DNA of 64,000 bases from Mobula hypostoma (GCF_963921235.1 NC_086108.1:109432001-109496000); one strand, 5' to 3'. Positions 50,322-63,027 are shown, numbered from the stretch's first letter. Notes: generated from the sequence alone by a model not told the origin. Program-made: numbers and translations.

Positions 50322-51001
50322 GGGAGAAGATGACGGTGTGACCGCAGCGTGCGCGGCCTCTCCGGTGATGAATATCTGTTATCTGTCAAGTAGGGGACCG
50401 TGCACAATCCTGATTTGATGGAGACAGACGTGAGTGCACAGCAGAACATCTGGAAAACTTCTGAAATGTCTGCTTTGCGACCGCTGCTACTGTGTGGTAA
50501 CCGGAATCTCTGGAGCTGAAGGCCTCGAAATCCTCGGCTTTGCGCGTTTCAGCGGCCAGGGAAAGGTCGAAGGCGCTCGGCAGAGGATGGCGCTCGGGAG
50601 GCTGTATCGGAGGGGCTGGTCGGAAGCTCGGAGTTTTCGGATGGATGGACTTGGGGTCAGCTGTGGTCGGCTGCTTCCAAGGTATCGGCAAGTTGACGGT
50701 GCCTGGAGGTTTATGGCAGGGAGTTCCTCCCTTTTGCCGCCACTATCGGGGACTCGGGAGTCAATCGACTCAGGGACTTTGAGACTATTTTTTTTACTGT
50801 GCCTATGGACTGTTCTTCATCAAATTATGGTATTGCTTTGCACTGCTGTAACTATATGTTATAATTATGTGGTTTTGTCAGTGTTAGTCTTTGGTCTGTC
50901 TTGTTTTCTGTGATATCACGCCGAAGAAACGTATCATTTCTTAATGCATGTATGCATTTCTAGATGACAATAAAAGAGGACTGAGTGTTCTCATAATCTA
51001 A
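50322..51001 (+). mobile_element. Full-length non-autonomous retroposon (CpG-rich 5' end)
   Basis: Starts GGGAGAAGATGACGG; 3' half matches 14445-14865; splits a CR1 fragment. Confidence 0.65.
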
Positions 51002-51135
51002 ATATTTAAGAAACTCTGAGATAGGCACATGCATGAAAGAAAAAATGGAGAGCTATGCAGGGAGGGAAAAAAAATTGCCAAGAACATTCATAGTCAAACC
51101 ATGATTGCCCACGTCATATGACCCAACACATAATA

Positions 51136-51515
51136 AGACCGTAAGATATAGAAGTCGAAAACACCACTTGGCCCATGTGCTCCACATTTCACATGGCTGA
51201 TCCATTTTCTCTCTCAGCCCCAGTCTCCTGCCTTCTCCCTTTATCCCTTCATGCCCTGACCAATCAAGAATCTATCAACCTCCAACTTAAATATACCAAG
51301 TGACTTGGCCTCCACAGCTGCCCGTGGCAGCGAATTTCATAGGTTCACCACTCTCTGGCTAAAAAAAATTCCTCCTCATCCTTGTTCTGAAAGGATGCCT
51401 CTCTATTCTGAGGCTGTGTTCTCTGGTCTTAGACTCTCACACCATAGGAAACATCCTTTCCATATCCCCTCTATCAAGGACTTCCAATATTTGATAGGTT
51501 TCAATAAGGTGACCC
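51136..51515 (-). mobile_element. CR1 3' fragment
   Basis: GHLIETYQIL..MERMFPMV and the CR1 3' UTR. Confidence 0.8.
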
Positions 51516-53475
51516 TTCGTAATAATGATGATGATGTGGGTTTGATTAATCTTAGAGTAGGTTGAAAGATCAGCACAACATTGTGGAATGTAGATTCTGC
51601 TCCACAGACGCTGCCTGACCTGCGGAGTTCCTCCAGCATTTTGTGTGTGTTCCAGTAACTGCAGAGTCTCTTGTGTTTCTGATAACATCCTTGCCCAGTT
51701 AAAAAAAATCTGCCTCTTCAATTGATAGGGTCCCATTAGACACCCGACCTGGTTGACTTCACGGTTACTTTGGTGCTGTTGACAGGGCAGACACATGTTT
51801 TATATTCTTAGTGTGGACACTTTCCAGTTGGGAGAAGCTGTTTGCACATTGTTAGTGTGTGAATTGGAATGATGTCAAGTATTGGTTCAGTTTAGTTAAC
51901 ACCAAGTCATCTTTTAGACTGGGAATAAATTATCCACCCAGTAATTGCACCAGCAGTAAACTCCACAACAAGATTAAAATAACCCGCTGGTGAGCTGGCA
52001 TCACTTTCAGTATGCTAAATGTATGTGCGGTTAAGGTGTATTTTAAATAGGGTCTATAAACAGAATCTGTACTCCTTGTGAAACTGTTGTAATCTGAGTC
52101 ATTAAATCATTTGAATTATGTAACAGGAACATGACTAAGTAAGAATTTACTGTTTCAGCTCTTCAATTCTCACATTATTTAAATGAAGCAGCGTTGAAGC
52201 TGTGAAACGTTATTTTATTTATTTATTCAGAGATACCGCATGGTGCAGGCCCTTCCAGCCCTTTAAGCCGCACTGCCCCAGCAACCCCTAACAACCCCTG
52301 ATTTAGCCCGGGGCTAATCATGGGATCATTCACTATGATCAATTAACAAACCTGGTAGGTCTTTGGACTGTGGGAGGAAACCGAAGCACCTGGAGAAAAC
52401 GGACTGGGAGGCCATACAGAGACTCCTCACAAAGGATGCTGGGATTGAACTCTGACCTCCAATGCCCCAAACTGTAATGGCATCACACTAACCGTACGTT
52501 ACCATGCACCCAATCCAGTAACATCCTTCTAGAAGTATTTTGACACGGTCTCTCCAGCTCCCTGTCTCTGCAAGCCTCCTCTAAGGCTGCGCCACAGTCT
52601 GGTATGGAAACGCCAATGCTCATTAATAGAAAAGTCTACAGAACGTGGTGGACACAGCCCAGTCCATCACTGTTTTGTAACTCCAAAACATCAAAACTAA
52701 TTTAAGGGGAAACAAGGGATCCAGGAATGCAAATCTAACTTTGTTTTCTTTTTAATTAGTTTTTTTATGCTTTGGACTTGCAAAGATTTACAGAGGCGAT
52801 GAGTAAGTCTTAAAGAATCCCAAGATGACTACCTACTTGTTAAAGTACAGCGAGATGTTTGAGTTAAAAAAAAACAAAAAATGATCATATTGAGAGTTGT
52901 ACCATCGAAGCTGAAAGCTAAAGTGCTGGAGGATTTACCTGCTGGCCATTTAGGCGTGATCGAAATGGAAGCACTGGCTTGAAGTTTTGTCTAGAGGCAG
53001 ATCAAACAGCTTGCCATGCATGGTTTGGGATGCCAATACTTCTAGAAGATGCCAAGAACAGTGCCTCTTCACCCCTGGGAATGGCCTGCATTGCCCTGGC
53101 TGAGGATTCATGAAGATTTTGCCAGACCATTTATGGGCACAAGTTTCTTGGTGGTAGTGGATGCAGCAACCAAGTGGCCAGAAATTTTCACAATAACCTC
53201 CACTACAGCCTTGCCTTGCACACTGCTGATGTGTTGAGAAGCCTTTTCTCAAGGACTGGTGTTCCAGAAAACTGAGTCAGTGACAATCGTTCATGAAGAT
53301 GAATGGAGTAAGACATGCTGCATCTGCACCGTACTACCCAGCTACAAATGGCTTGGCGGAAAGGTTTGTCTAGAGTCTAAAGAATGCACTGTGAGTATTG
53401 TCAGCAGAACACACAAACTTCACAAGATTCAAAGATTCAAAGTACATTTATTATCAAAGGATGTATAAATCATAC

Positions 53476-54450
53476 CAGCGGTCCCCAACCACCGGGCCGC
53501 AAAGCATGCGCTACCGGGCCGCAAGGAAACGATATGATTTGGCGATATGAGTCAGCTGCACCTCATTCCCTGCCACGCCCACTGTTGAACTTGAACGCAC
53601 GCGCGGTCATTGCCCGCGCCTCATCCATGTCATCACGGGAAGAAGATCAACTCCTCGAGCTTACAAATGACGGCGGGCTGAAAAGTATGTTTGACATAAC
53701 ATCTCTGCCGGCATTCTGGATCAATGTCAAGGCTAAATATCCTGAGATAGCCGTGAAAGCACTGAAAACGTTGCTTCCATTTCCAACATATCTCTGCGAA
53801 GTGGGTTTTCTGCAATGAATGCAACGAAAACTAAATTGCGGAATAGACTGGACATAAGGAGCCCCCTTCGAGTATCGCTGTCTCCCATCACCCCTCGATA
53901 GGACCGTCTTGTTGCAGGGAAACAAGCCCAGGGCACCAACTGATTCAGCGATATTGGTGTGTTGCAATGATTTTATATGTTCATACGGGGAAAATATGTG
54001 CTGTCCGTTTAATATCCAAACGTTACTTAAAATGTTATGATGCTATTGTCTTATAAGTGACTTTTAATTGACTTATCACTATATTCATGCGCTATGTTAC
54101 ATAAAACCTAAAATAACACTAACATGTAGTAAAAGCAGGAATGATATGATAAATACACAGCCGATATAAAAAAAAATGTATGTACAGTGTAATTTCACTG
54201 AACAGAATTGCCAAAAACGATTTGTAGAAAAAAATGGGCACGTACACTCATACGCATGTTACGCATGTGCACATAGGTGCCCGGGCAAGGCTTCATGGTC
54301 ATTGTAGTCTTTCTCAGGGTAAACACAACGTATTTGACTGCTACTCTTGTCCGTTGGCAACCCTACCCCCCCAACCCCCGGTCGGCCGGTCCGCAAGAAT
54401 ATTGTCAATATTAAACCGGTCCGCAGTGCAGAAAAGGTTGGGGACCCCTG
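53476..54450 (+). mobile_element. Non-autonomous hAT (Charlie/Buster-like) element
   Basis: TIRs CAGCGGTCCCCAACC and GGTTGGGGACCCCTG; 8-bp TSD AATCATAC/AATTATAC; hAT dimerisation domain FW...YPEIA..AL..LLPFPT.YLCE.GF. Confidence 0.92.
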
Positions 54451-54804
54451 AATTATACAACCTTGAGATTTGTTTGCTCACAGGTAGCCACAACGCAAGA
54501 AACCCGAAAGAACCCAATTAAGGAAAAAAAAGACCAACACCCAATGCACAAGGGAAAGGAGGAAAAGAAAACAAATCATGCAAACAATGGACACGAACAA
54601 CAACGTTTTGGACCAAATTGAGTCCTCAGATCCGAACCCTGGAGCAGGCCGGAGTAGGCCCAAAGCCTTGCTTATCAGTTCAACATGTTAGTGGGCATGG
54701 AGCCCAGCAACCGGGGCAGTCTTCATAGCCTCAGCACCATGGAGATGACATCATGGCGAGCAAGCGAAAGCAGCCCTTGCCTCGGATCCCGAAACCCTGT
54801 CTTG

Positions 54805-56260
54805 AATTGAATTGAATTGGCTTTATTACTTTCATCCTTCACATATATGAGGAGTGAAAATCTTTACATTACGTCTCCATCTAAATGTGCAATGTGAAAT
54901 TTATAGTAATTTATAATAAGTACTATGTACAACAATGTAGCATAGAAATACATTTGTGTCGGCATGAGCTAATCAGCCTGATGGCCTGGTGGAAGAAGCT
55001 GTCCTGGAGCCTGTTGGTCCTGGCTTTTATGCTGCGGTACCGTTTCCCAGATGGTAGCAGCTGGAACAGTTTGTGGTTAGGGTGACTCAGGTCGCCAATA
55101 ACCCTTCGGGCTTTTTTACATACCTTTGTAAATGTCCTCAGTAGTGGGAAGTTCACATCTACAGATGCGCTGGGCTGTCTGCACCACTCTCTGCAGAGTC
55201 CTGTGATTGAGGGAGGTACAGTTCCCATACCAGGCTGTGATGCAGCCAGTCAGGATGCCCTCAATTGTGCCCCTGTAGAAAGTTCTTAGAATTTGGTGGG
55301 CCATACCAAAACTCTTCAACTGTCAAACCTCTTCACACAGCCAGTATGTACAGAACATATAAGATCCTCGGTGATGTTTCTGCCGAGGAACATAAAGCTG
55401 TTCACCCCCCAACTTCAGATCCACTGACGTCAATAGGGGTTAGCCTGTCTCCATTCCTCCTTTATTCCACAACCAGAACCTTTTGTTTTTGCGACATTGA
55501 GGGAGAAATTGTGGTGACTTCTTCTCTGTAGGCTGCCTCATTATTATTTCAGACTGTCTTTTCAGTCTGTCTGGGCTGGCGATTAAATTGAACAAACAAC
55601 GGAACATGGAAAGGCTTGGGCACCCTGGAAAGAGGAGCGACCATCGTGGAGAGCAAGTGAAATTGTCCAAACGGCTGATTGTAACTCGCACCAGGACCCA
55701 TTCACTGCGAAGGACTTGTGGCCTACACCACACGACTTGCTCCGGGCCCACATTTTGTTGCTCAGCCCAAAGCTGCTCTCAAGATCTTCAAAACAGCTCG
55801 GTGCCCAGAGTGAACCAACCTCACACCCGATCCACTTGTATGAGCAGCCGAACTTCCCTACCCTGGCTCACGCTTCTCCTCTCGGTGCCCAGAGTGAAGC
55901 AACCTCACATCCAGGCCAGTTGTAAGGGCATTGAATCTCCTCTGTCCCGACTCCTCCTCTCGGCTCCCAGAGTAACCCAACCTCGCACCTGGGCCAGTTG
56001 TATATGCATTGGAACTCCTTTGCCCCGGCCCCGACCTCTCCTCTCTGAATAGCTCACTCCATCTGCATCGATTCTGCAACACACCATTCCTGCTATCCCC
56101 CAACCTTGCCTCGCCATCGGTCACTTCCTCACTGCATGGGGGTGATCATTTAACACAATTTACCTCAGAAAAGGTGTTTTTAGTGAAGTTTCTTGTCGGA
56201 TTTCTTAACTTCTTAACTACCAGTGAGCTGTTACACAAGTTCGGTAGCGCCATCTTAATC
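54805..56260 (-). mobile_element. Internally deleted Rex1/Babar element retaining the 5' UTR and ORF2 C-terminus
   Basis: LRTFYRGTIEGILTGCITAWYG, LSHPNHKLFQLLPSGKRYRS; 5' end AAGATGGCG; 5' UTR with three CTCGG.GCCCAGAGT repeats; (TTGAA)n tail on plus strand. Confidence 0.75.
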
Positions 56261-59200
56261 AGAATACACTACACTGACACTGAAGCAGAAGTTCGCCAAT
56301 TTCCTCCTCGCATATCACAATGTAGCACACCCCACAACCAATAACCCACCTGTTATGCTGTCATTGTTTGTCTTTTTGTATTCATGCTTGGATGTCCTCA
56401 AACCCAGTCACTGTAGGAGTATGCAGGACAAACAAACTGAGACAATTTGAGGGCTCCATAAACAAGGAGGTTCGATGTTTCACTCCTGGACAAGCAGTCC
56501 TGGTGAGGGACCTCAGAGGTGATCAAAAATGGGGACTCGGAAAGATTAAGGACAAAACTGGACAGCTCTCCCACACAGTGGAAATTGCATCTGATGTCAT
56601 CTGGAGACAACACACTGACCGCTTGAGGAAAACAGGGTCAATTGTTAGAGAAGAAAGATGTCCAGAGCTGTCAGAGCCTCTTAGCACAGTCCCAGAGTCA
56701 ACTCCTACAGCCACCACAGAGAAAGTCCCAAAACCTGAGGTTGTTTCACAGCCACAAGTCTCAGCTGTCAGGCAGTGACCCACCTTGTCAGGAAATACGT
56801 TATCCCACAAGAATAAGAAAGCCTCCACAGTGATTAAATCTTTAGGCCTGAATGAGACAATTTAAGATTTACTATGCTCTGGCTGTCTACATTATTATAT
56901 TATATAGTATCCTGTGTATATAATTAAGATGCATTCTATATTATTTTGAAATTTATAGCTAAGCAGGGAGGAGTGTTGTGTACTTAATATTTTAATAATA
57001 TTGTATATATATTGATTGATTAAGCATTCTTGTTCATTTAAATAATTCATTATGGGTTATAGGTAAATATAAGTGAATTGCATATGATGCCAAGTTTTAC
57101 ATGCGCACCTTGCTTAAATTTAAAAACAAAATTAAGATACGTTATTCCTGGCTCTGTCTTTTTACTTTCAACTAGTTTAACATTTCAGAGTTCCAAAATA
57201 TGACCAAGTCCTCCCCACTGCTTGAGCACATTTACACGGAGTGCTGTCGCAGGAAAGCAGCATCCATCATCAAAGAATCCCGCCATCCAGGCCTTGCTCT
57301 CTTCTTACTGCTGCCATCAGAGTCCACACCAGCAAGTTCAGGAAAAGTTATTACCTCCAACTATCAGGCTCCTGAACCAGCATACATAACTTCAACCACC
57401 TCAACTCTGAACTGATTCCACAACCAAATGTCTCACAACTCAACTTCTCAGTATTACTTGCAGTATTTAATTTTTTTTATTTGCACAGTTTGTCTTCTAG
57501 TGCACATTGATTGTCAGTCTTTGTGTGTAGTTTTTCATTGATTCTATTGTATTTCTTTGTTTTACTGTGAATGCCTGCAAGAAAATGAATCTCAAGGTAG
57601 TATACGGTGACATATATGTTCTTTAGAACATGGAATAGTATCGCACAGAACTTTCGGCCCACAATGTTGTTCCAAACCAATTAAATTAGTCATTAAATGG
57701 CCAGGCCAAAGGATAGAAAGAGTTGGGAAGGCTTAACATTGGCAAGGAGCAATCTAGGGAACATAGTTTTGAGCATGAAGGAACAGGGCATAAGTAGCTC
57801 TGATTTGTGAAGGCTCCTGGTGGAAATGGTTGGAGAAAAAATGCAGAGCTCTGATTTGCAGAAACTTCTTCTGTACTTTACAACTCAGAAATTCTGATTC
57901 TGCAAATTGCAGATAAAGATTTATTTATCACATGTACCTTGAAGCATACAGTGAAATGTGTCATTTGCATTAACAACCAACACACCAAAAAATGTGCCGG
58001 GGGCAGAATGGGGTTGTGAGGGATAATAAATCAGCCATGATGGAAAGGCAGGACAGACTTGATGGGCCGAATAGCCCAATTCTGCTCCTATATCTTCTGG
58101 TCTTATGGTCTTATGGACATCCATCCACGGGCATGGCTGGCCTCTGACTCAAGCAGAGCGAGTGCAGAAGAGAGATCTAGATTCCAGCCTGAACTCTGTC
58201 TCCACACATCCCTGTACCTAATCCCTTAAGTCCTTGAACTGTCTTGAAACTAACTGCAGGCACCATCAGCATTGCAAATATCTATGATACAGAAATTCAT
58301 CCTTATGGAGTTCACAAACCAAAATCTGAAATCTGAAGTAGAAATTCACTCTTGTGATATTTATGTGCGAAAAAACTTTGCTCAAAATGTGAAGGAAACA
58401 AAAATTTTATCAAGTTTCAGCTTACAGAAAATTGGGATGGGGCAGTTTTCTAGGAATGCCATCCTGCAGATGTGTACTGTGCATTGAATGTGGAGAAAGG
58501 CATGTTCTGGTGTTATTTATTGCATTACTTATGAATAATGCAATTTTATAAAAAAAATACTGATGAACTATTGACCACTCGTGTCTTCACTACCTCCTCC
58601 AAAGCAGCCTTTTCCTAAACAAACACGCCACCCTCTGGAGATCCCGAAGGTCGTTTGTTCAGGAACTTCTCTAGACGGTGGGTGTAGTAAGAATCTGAAT
58701 CAGGTTTACTATCGCTGACATATGGTGTGAAATTTAATGTTTTGTGGCAGCAGTACAGTAAAATACTTTTTAACATTCCTATAAATTGCAATAAGAATAT
58801 ATAAAAACCTAAACAAGCATGTAAAAAGAGAAAATAGAGAGGTAGTGTTGATGGAACATTCAAGAATCTGAGGGTAGGGGGAAGAAGCTGTTTCTTAAAT
58901 TCTATCACATTTCTTCTCTTTCCTGAAAATGCCTGCAAGAAAACTCAGCACACACAATGATAGAGCGGTGACGACGAAAGGCAGCTGGCTGATACCCAGG
59001 ACTGTCTGAGTTGACCACATGACACGGCTGTTACTGGTGTGGAGGGGTCAACGCACAGGGTTGGAAAAGGGCTGTGGGCTCAGCCAGAGGCACAACCTCC
59101 CCCACCATCGACGTCACTTCCAATAGGTGATGCCTCAGAAGGAAGGCGCCATGGACCAGCGCAACGCCCCTATCGCTCGGGGCATTGAAGCTCGGGTAAG

Positions 59201-59577
59201 AAGTTTACTTTCAACTTTAAAACCTTGGGTGTGTTCAGCCTCCTGTACCTCCTCCCGATAATTAGTCATGAGAAGAGGGCATGTTCTGGGTGGTGGTGGT
59301 GCTTTATTTACTTAGGGATACAGCCCGGAACGGGCCCTTCCGGGCCACCGAGCTGCATTGCCCAGAGAGCCACCTATTTAACCCTAGAGTAATCACAGGA
59401 CAATTTACAATAACCAATTAACCTACTAACCGGTACGTCTTTGGACTGTGGCAGGAAACCCACACGGGCACTGAAAGAATGTACAAAATCACAGTGTCAG
59501 AATAGAACGCTGAACCCAGATGCCCCAAGCTATATTAGCAATGCACTGATCGCTACGCTACCGTGGCGCCTCCTTAA

Positions 59578-60305
59578 TAGTCATAGTCATACTTTATTGA
59601 TCCCGGGGGAAATTGGTTTTCGTTACAGTTGCACCATAAATAATAAATAGTAATAGAACCATAAATAATTAAATAGTAATATGTAAATTATGCCAGGAAA
59701 TAAGTCCAGGACCAGCCTATTGGCTCAGGGTGTCTGACCCTCCAAGGGAGGAGTTGTAAAGTTTGATGGCCACAGGCAGGAATGACTTCCCATGACGCTC
59801 TGTGTTGCATCTCGGTGGAATGAGTCTCCGGCTGAATGTACTCCTGTGCCCACCCAGTACATTATGTAGTGGATGGGAGACATTGTCCAAGATGGCATGC
59901 AACTTGGACAGCATCCTCTTTTCAGACACCACCGTCAGAGAGTCCAGTTCCATCCCCACAACATCACTGGCCTTACGAATGAGTTTGTTGATTCTGTTGG
60001 TGTCTGCTACCCTCAGCCTACTGCCCCAGCACACAACAGCAAACATGATAGCACTGGCCACCACAGACTCGTAGAACATCCTCAGCATCGTCCGGCAGAT
60101 GTTAAAGGACCTCAGTCTCCTCAGGAAATAGAGACAGCTCTGACCCTTCTTGTAGACAGCCTCAGTGTTCTTTGACCAGTCCAGTTTATTGTCAATTCGT
60201 ATCCCCAGGTATTTGTAATCCTCCACCATGTCCACACTGACCCCCTGGATGGAAACAGGGGTCACCGGTACCTTAGCTCTCCTCAGGTCCACCACCAGCT
60301 CCTTA
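59578..60305 (-). mobile_element. Young Rex1/Babar LINE 3' fragment
   Basis: Open 200-aa ORF KELVVDLR..YKYLG..LYFLRRLRSF..SHPLH..SFLPVAIKLYN; (ATAGTC)n tail on plus strand. Confidence 0.92.
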
Positions 60306-60680
60306 ATGGTGGATGACACCCTTTTGAGGCATCAGCCATTAAAGTTGTCCTCGATGGTGGGGAGGTTGTGCCCCTGATGGAGTTGGCAGAGTTTACTCCA
60401 ACACTGTGCAGCTTTTTCCAGTCCTGTGCAGTGGCCCCGCTATACCAGTAACTCCTGTATCTGGGTCATGTGCTCAGCCTGGACCGGGCTGGGTACCGAT
60501 CAGTCAGCTGCCTTTCATCATCTCCAATCCACAACAGTATGTGCTGAGCTTCCTGTGCAGGTGGCAACTTGGTGATGGATGCACCAGGATAGCACAGCAC
60601 TGTCTGTGTAAAGGGGGCTGACATTATCAGATGCAGATTTATTTATTACATTTTCATTAAAACAAACAGTGAAATACGTT

Positions 60681-60896
60681 AACAACAGGAATTCTGCAGA
60701 TGCTGGAAATTCATGCAACACACATCAAAGTTGCTGGTGAACGCAGCAGGCCAGGCAGCATCTCTAGGAAGAGGTACAGTCGACGTTTCCTGTCAATGTG
60801 TCCTGACGAAGGGTCTCGGCCTGAAACGTCGACTGTACCTCTTCCTAGAGATGCTGCCTGGCCTGCTGCATTCACCAGCAACTTTGATGTGTGTTG
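60681..60896. mobile_element. Young palindromic Penelope-like mini-insertion, 14-bp TSD
   Basis: 76-bp inverted arms (60714-60789 and 60823-60898, one mismatch); TSD CAGTGAAATACGTT at 60667-60680 and 60897-60910. Confidence 0.85.
60800..60833 (+). ncRNA. Minimal type I hammerhead ribozyme motif
   Basis: GUC CUGACGA AGGGUCUCGGCCU GAAAC GUC^GAC: conserved core, stem II, palindromic ACGU stem III, stem I GUC/GAC. Confidence 0.75.
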
Positions 60897-61064
60897 CAGT
60901 GAAATACGTTGTTTGCATTAACAACTGACACGACCGAACGATGTGCCGGGGCAGCCCGCAAGTGTCGCCACACACTCCGCTGCCAACATCGTACGCACGC
61001 AAAGGTCATCAGGACACAACAACAACAGCAAAACAAGCCCCCTTCCAATGTGTGTTGATACATT

Positions 61065-61135
61065 CCGTGTATGTGTGCACATGCTTGTGTGTGTGTGAGT
61101 GCACGTGTGAGTATATATTCTTGGTATGAAGAGGC

Positions 61136-61190
<55 letters not shown>

Positions 61191-61286
61191 ACGCCACTCT
61201 ATACCCAGAATGTGTGTGTGTGTGTTCCCCTCTATAGCCAGACGCTTACATAGTGTGAGTAAGTCTACATTCTGGGTATAGAGGGG

Positions 61287-61320
<34 letters not shown>
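61065..61320. repeat. Compound (TG)n microsatellite cluster
   Basis: Several (TG)n tracts separated by direct and inverted copies of an ATTCTGGGTATAGAG-like unit. Confidence 0.9.
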
Positions 61321-61377
61321 CTAATGCTGGTGCGTATAGGGTCTCGCATGCATGTAATTGTGTGTCTGTGCACTCAC

Positions 61378-61422
61378 CTGTTGCACTTTCTTTACATTTA
61401 CATGGCAACGTGGATGCACATT
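61378..61422 (-). other. Candidate 45-nt exon
   Basis: Acceptor CTTTTCCTTATAG and donor CAG|GTGAGT; phase 1-1 open frame xCASTLPCKCKESAT. Confidence 0.45.
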
Positions 61423-62359
61423 CTATAAGGAAAAGCACTGTATGTGTGCAGAGATGTTAATTGATGCATATCTGTGAGTGTCAGCTTATGCCCAGGTATA
61501 CACTAATGAACACAGTGTGTATCTGTCCATAAACACAATATTTGTGTGATTAGAAATACAGTCATGTGTTTTTATTTATGTGAAATATGTGACTCAGAGA
61601 CGGGAGTTCACCTTTTTTAAACGACGGGGACCTTTACCGTCAAGTCCCTGCTATTAAAGGACCTTTGAGCTATTTCCTCACCTCTGCTCTGCAAAGTTTA
61701 ATTAAGGTTCCCCCATTTCCTAGCAGCCACTTTGCAGGTCATTAAAGCACTTCCTGCCGTTCCCTTGTTGCGGTGAACTTTATTTACTTTCCCAGTGATG
61801 TTGTGAGCATACTTTGTCTGGGTGCCCTGTTCCCAGAGCACATAATTACTCTGTCAGCTCTCAGGCTTATATCACCAAAGGAAAACTCATACTCACTCGA
61901 ACATGGCTAATGTCTCCGTTGGAATGGGCCTGCCATTTTGTTTGTACTTATACCTTCAACAGAAATGAAGTCTGCCTACTAATTAGCAAAGGTTAAGTAC
62001 TTTATTTCCTGTCGTTAACCTGTCTCATTTACATGATTACTGACTAAATTCCACAGGCCCTTTTCTCCCTCTTCAGTTTGATGCCTCTCACCAGAGGTCA
62101 CGAGTGTAATTGCTTAGCTCTGTCAACCGGGAGATCCTTGGGTGTTTGACCCGCTTTGTTCTGGATTTTCTTCACGGGAGGGGTGGGCTCCCTCATACCC
62201 GGGAATATTCCCAATCCCTTGTAGACCATGACAGTGCCAGTCTGACACTCGGTGGCCTGCCTGCCCAATGAGCTGTCTGCAGCTTGCTTCCAGTCCCGGC
62301 CCACCCATCATAGGAAGGACATGGTCTTTCCATAGCCCCACATCTTTCCTGTAATGATA

Positions 62360-62562
62360 AACACAGGAGATCCTGCAGATGCTGGGAATCCAGAGCAACA
62401 CACACACAAAATGCTGGAGGGACTCAGCGAGTCAGGCAGCATTGAAGGAGGGGAATAAATATTTGATGGGCCCGATAGAGGGTTTCAGCTCAAAACATTG
62501 ACTGTTTTATCCTCTCCATAGATGCAGCCTGGCCTGCCGAATTCCTCCAGCATTTTGTGTGC
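62360..62562. mobile_element. Older palindromic Penelope-like mini-insertion
   Basis: Inverted arms CACAAAATGCTGGAGG and CCTCCAGCATTTTGTG; decayed core. Confidence 0.7.
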
Positions 62563-62766
62563 TGTTTCCCGTGATTGATATATTTATTTATTTATTTATT
62601 TACAGATCCAATGCAGAGTCAGCCCCTGCAGACCAATGAGCCATACCACCCAGCATCTCACCTATTTAACCCTGGCATAATCATGAGACAATTTACAATG
62701 ACCAAGTAGCCTTTCCAAACAGTATGCCTGTGGACTGTGGGAGGAAACCAGAGCACCCAGAGGAAA

Positions 62767-63027
62767 TTTAAAAAAGTAAACACGAGGAATTCTGCAGATG
62801 CTGGAAATTCAAGCAACACACTTCAAAGTTGCTGGTGAACGCAGCAGGCCAGGCAGCATCTCTAGGAAGAGGTACAGTCGACGTTTTGGGCCAAGACCCT
62901 TCATCAGGACTAACTGATTCTGGCTTTGTTAGTCCTGACGAAGGGTCTCGGCCTGAAACGTCGACTGTACCTCTTCCTAGAGATGCTGCCTGGCCTGCTG
63001 CGTTCACCAGCAACTTTGATGTGTGTT
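62767..63027. mobile_element. Young palindromic Penelope-like mini-insertion inside a V-SINE, 14-bp TSD
   Basis: 102-bp inverted arms (62813-62914 and 62928-63029); TSD GCACCCAGAGGAAA at 62753-62766 and 63028-63041. Confidence 0.88.
62931..62966 (+). ncRNA. Minimal type I hammerhead ribozyme motif
   Basis: AGUC CUGACGA AGGGUCUCGGCCU GAAAC GUC^GACU; the mirror copy on the minus strand (62876-62911) has GAAA changed to AAAA. Confidence 0.78.

Larger units (their letters stand above)
52671..57205 (+). mobile_element. Gypsy LTR retrotransposon remnant (integrase, PPT, 3' LTR) with nested insertions
   Basis: PLHPWEWP..PW.RIH.DFA.PF....FLVVVDA..KWPE; integrase C-terminus F.PGQ.VLVRD..KW..G.I...W..H.D.L; PPT AAGCAGGGAGGAG at 56961-56973, then TGTTG LTR; PBS-like GGCGATGAG at about 52795. 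Confidence 0.85.

Noticed and set aside
61511..61540. V(D)J recombination signal (CACAGTG heptamer)
   Set aside because: No acceptable nonamer at 12 or 23 bp and no V or J segment adjacent
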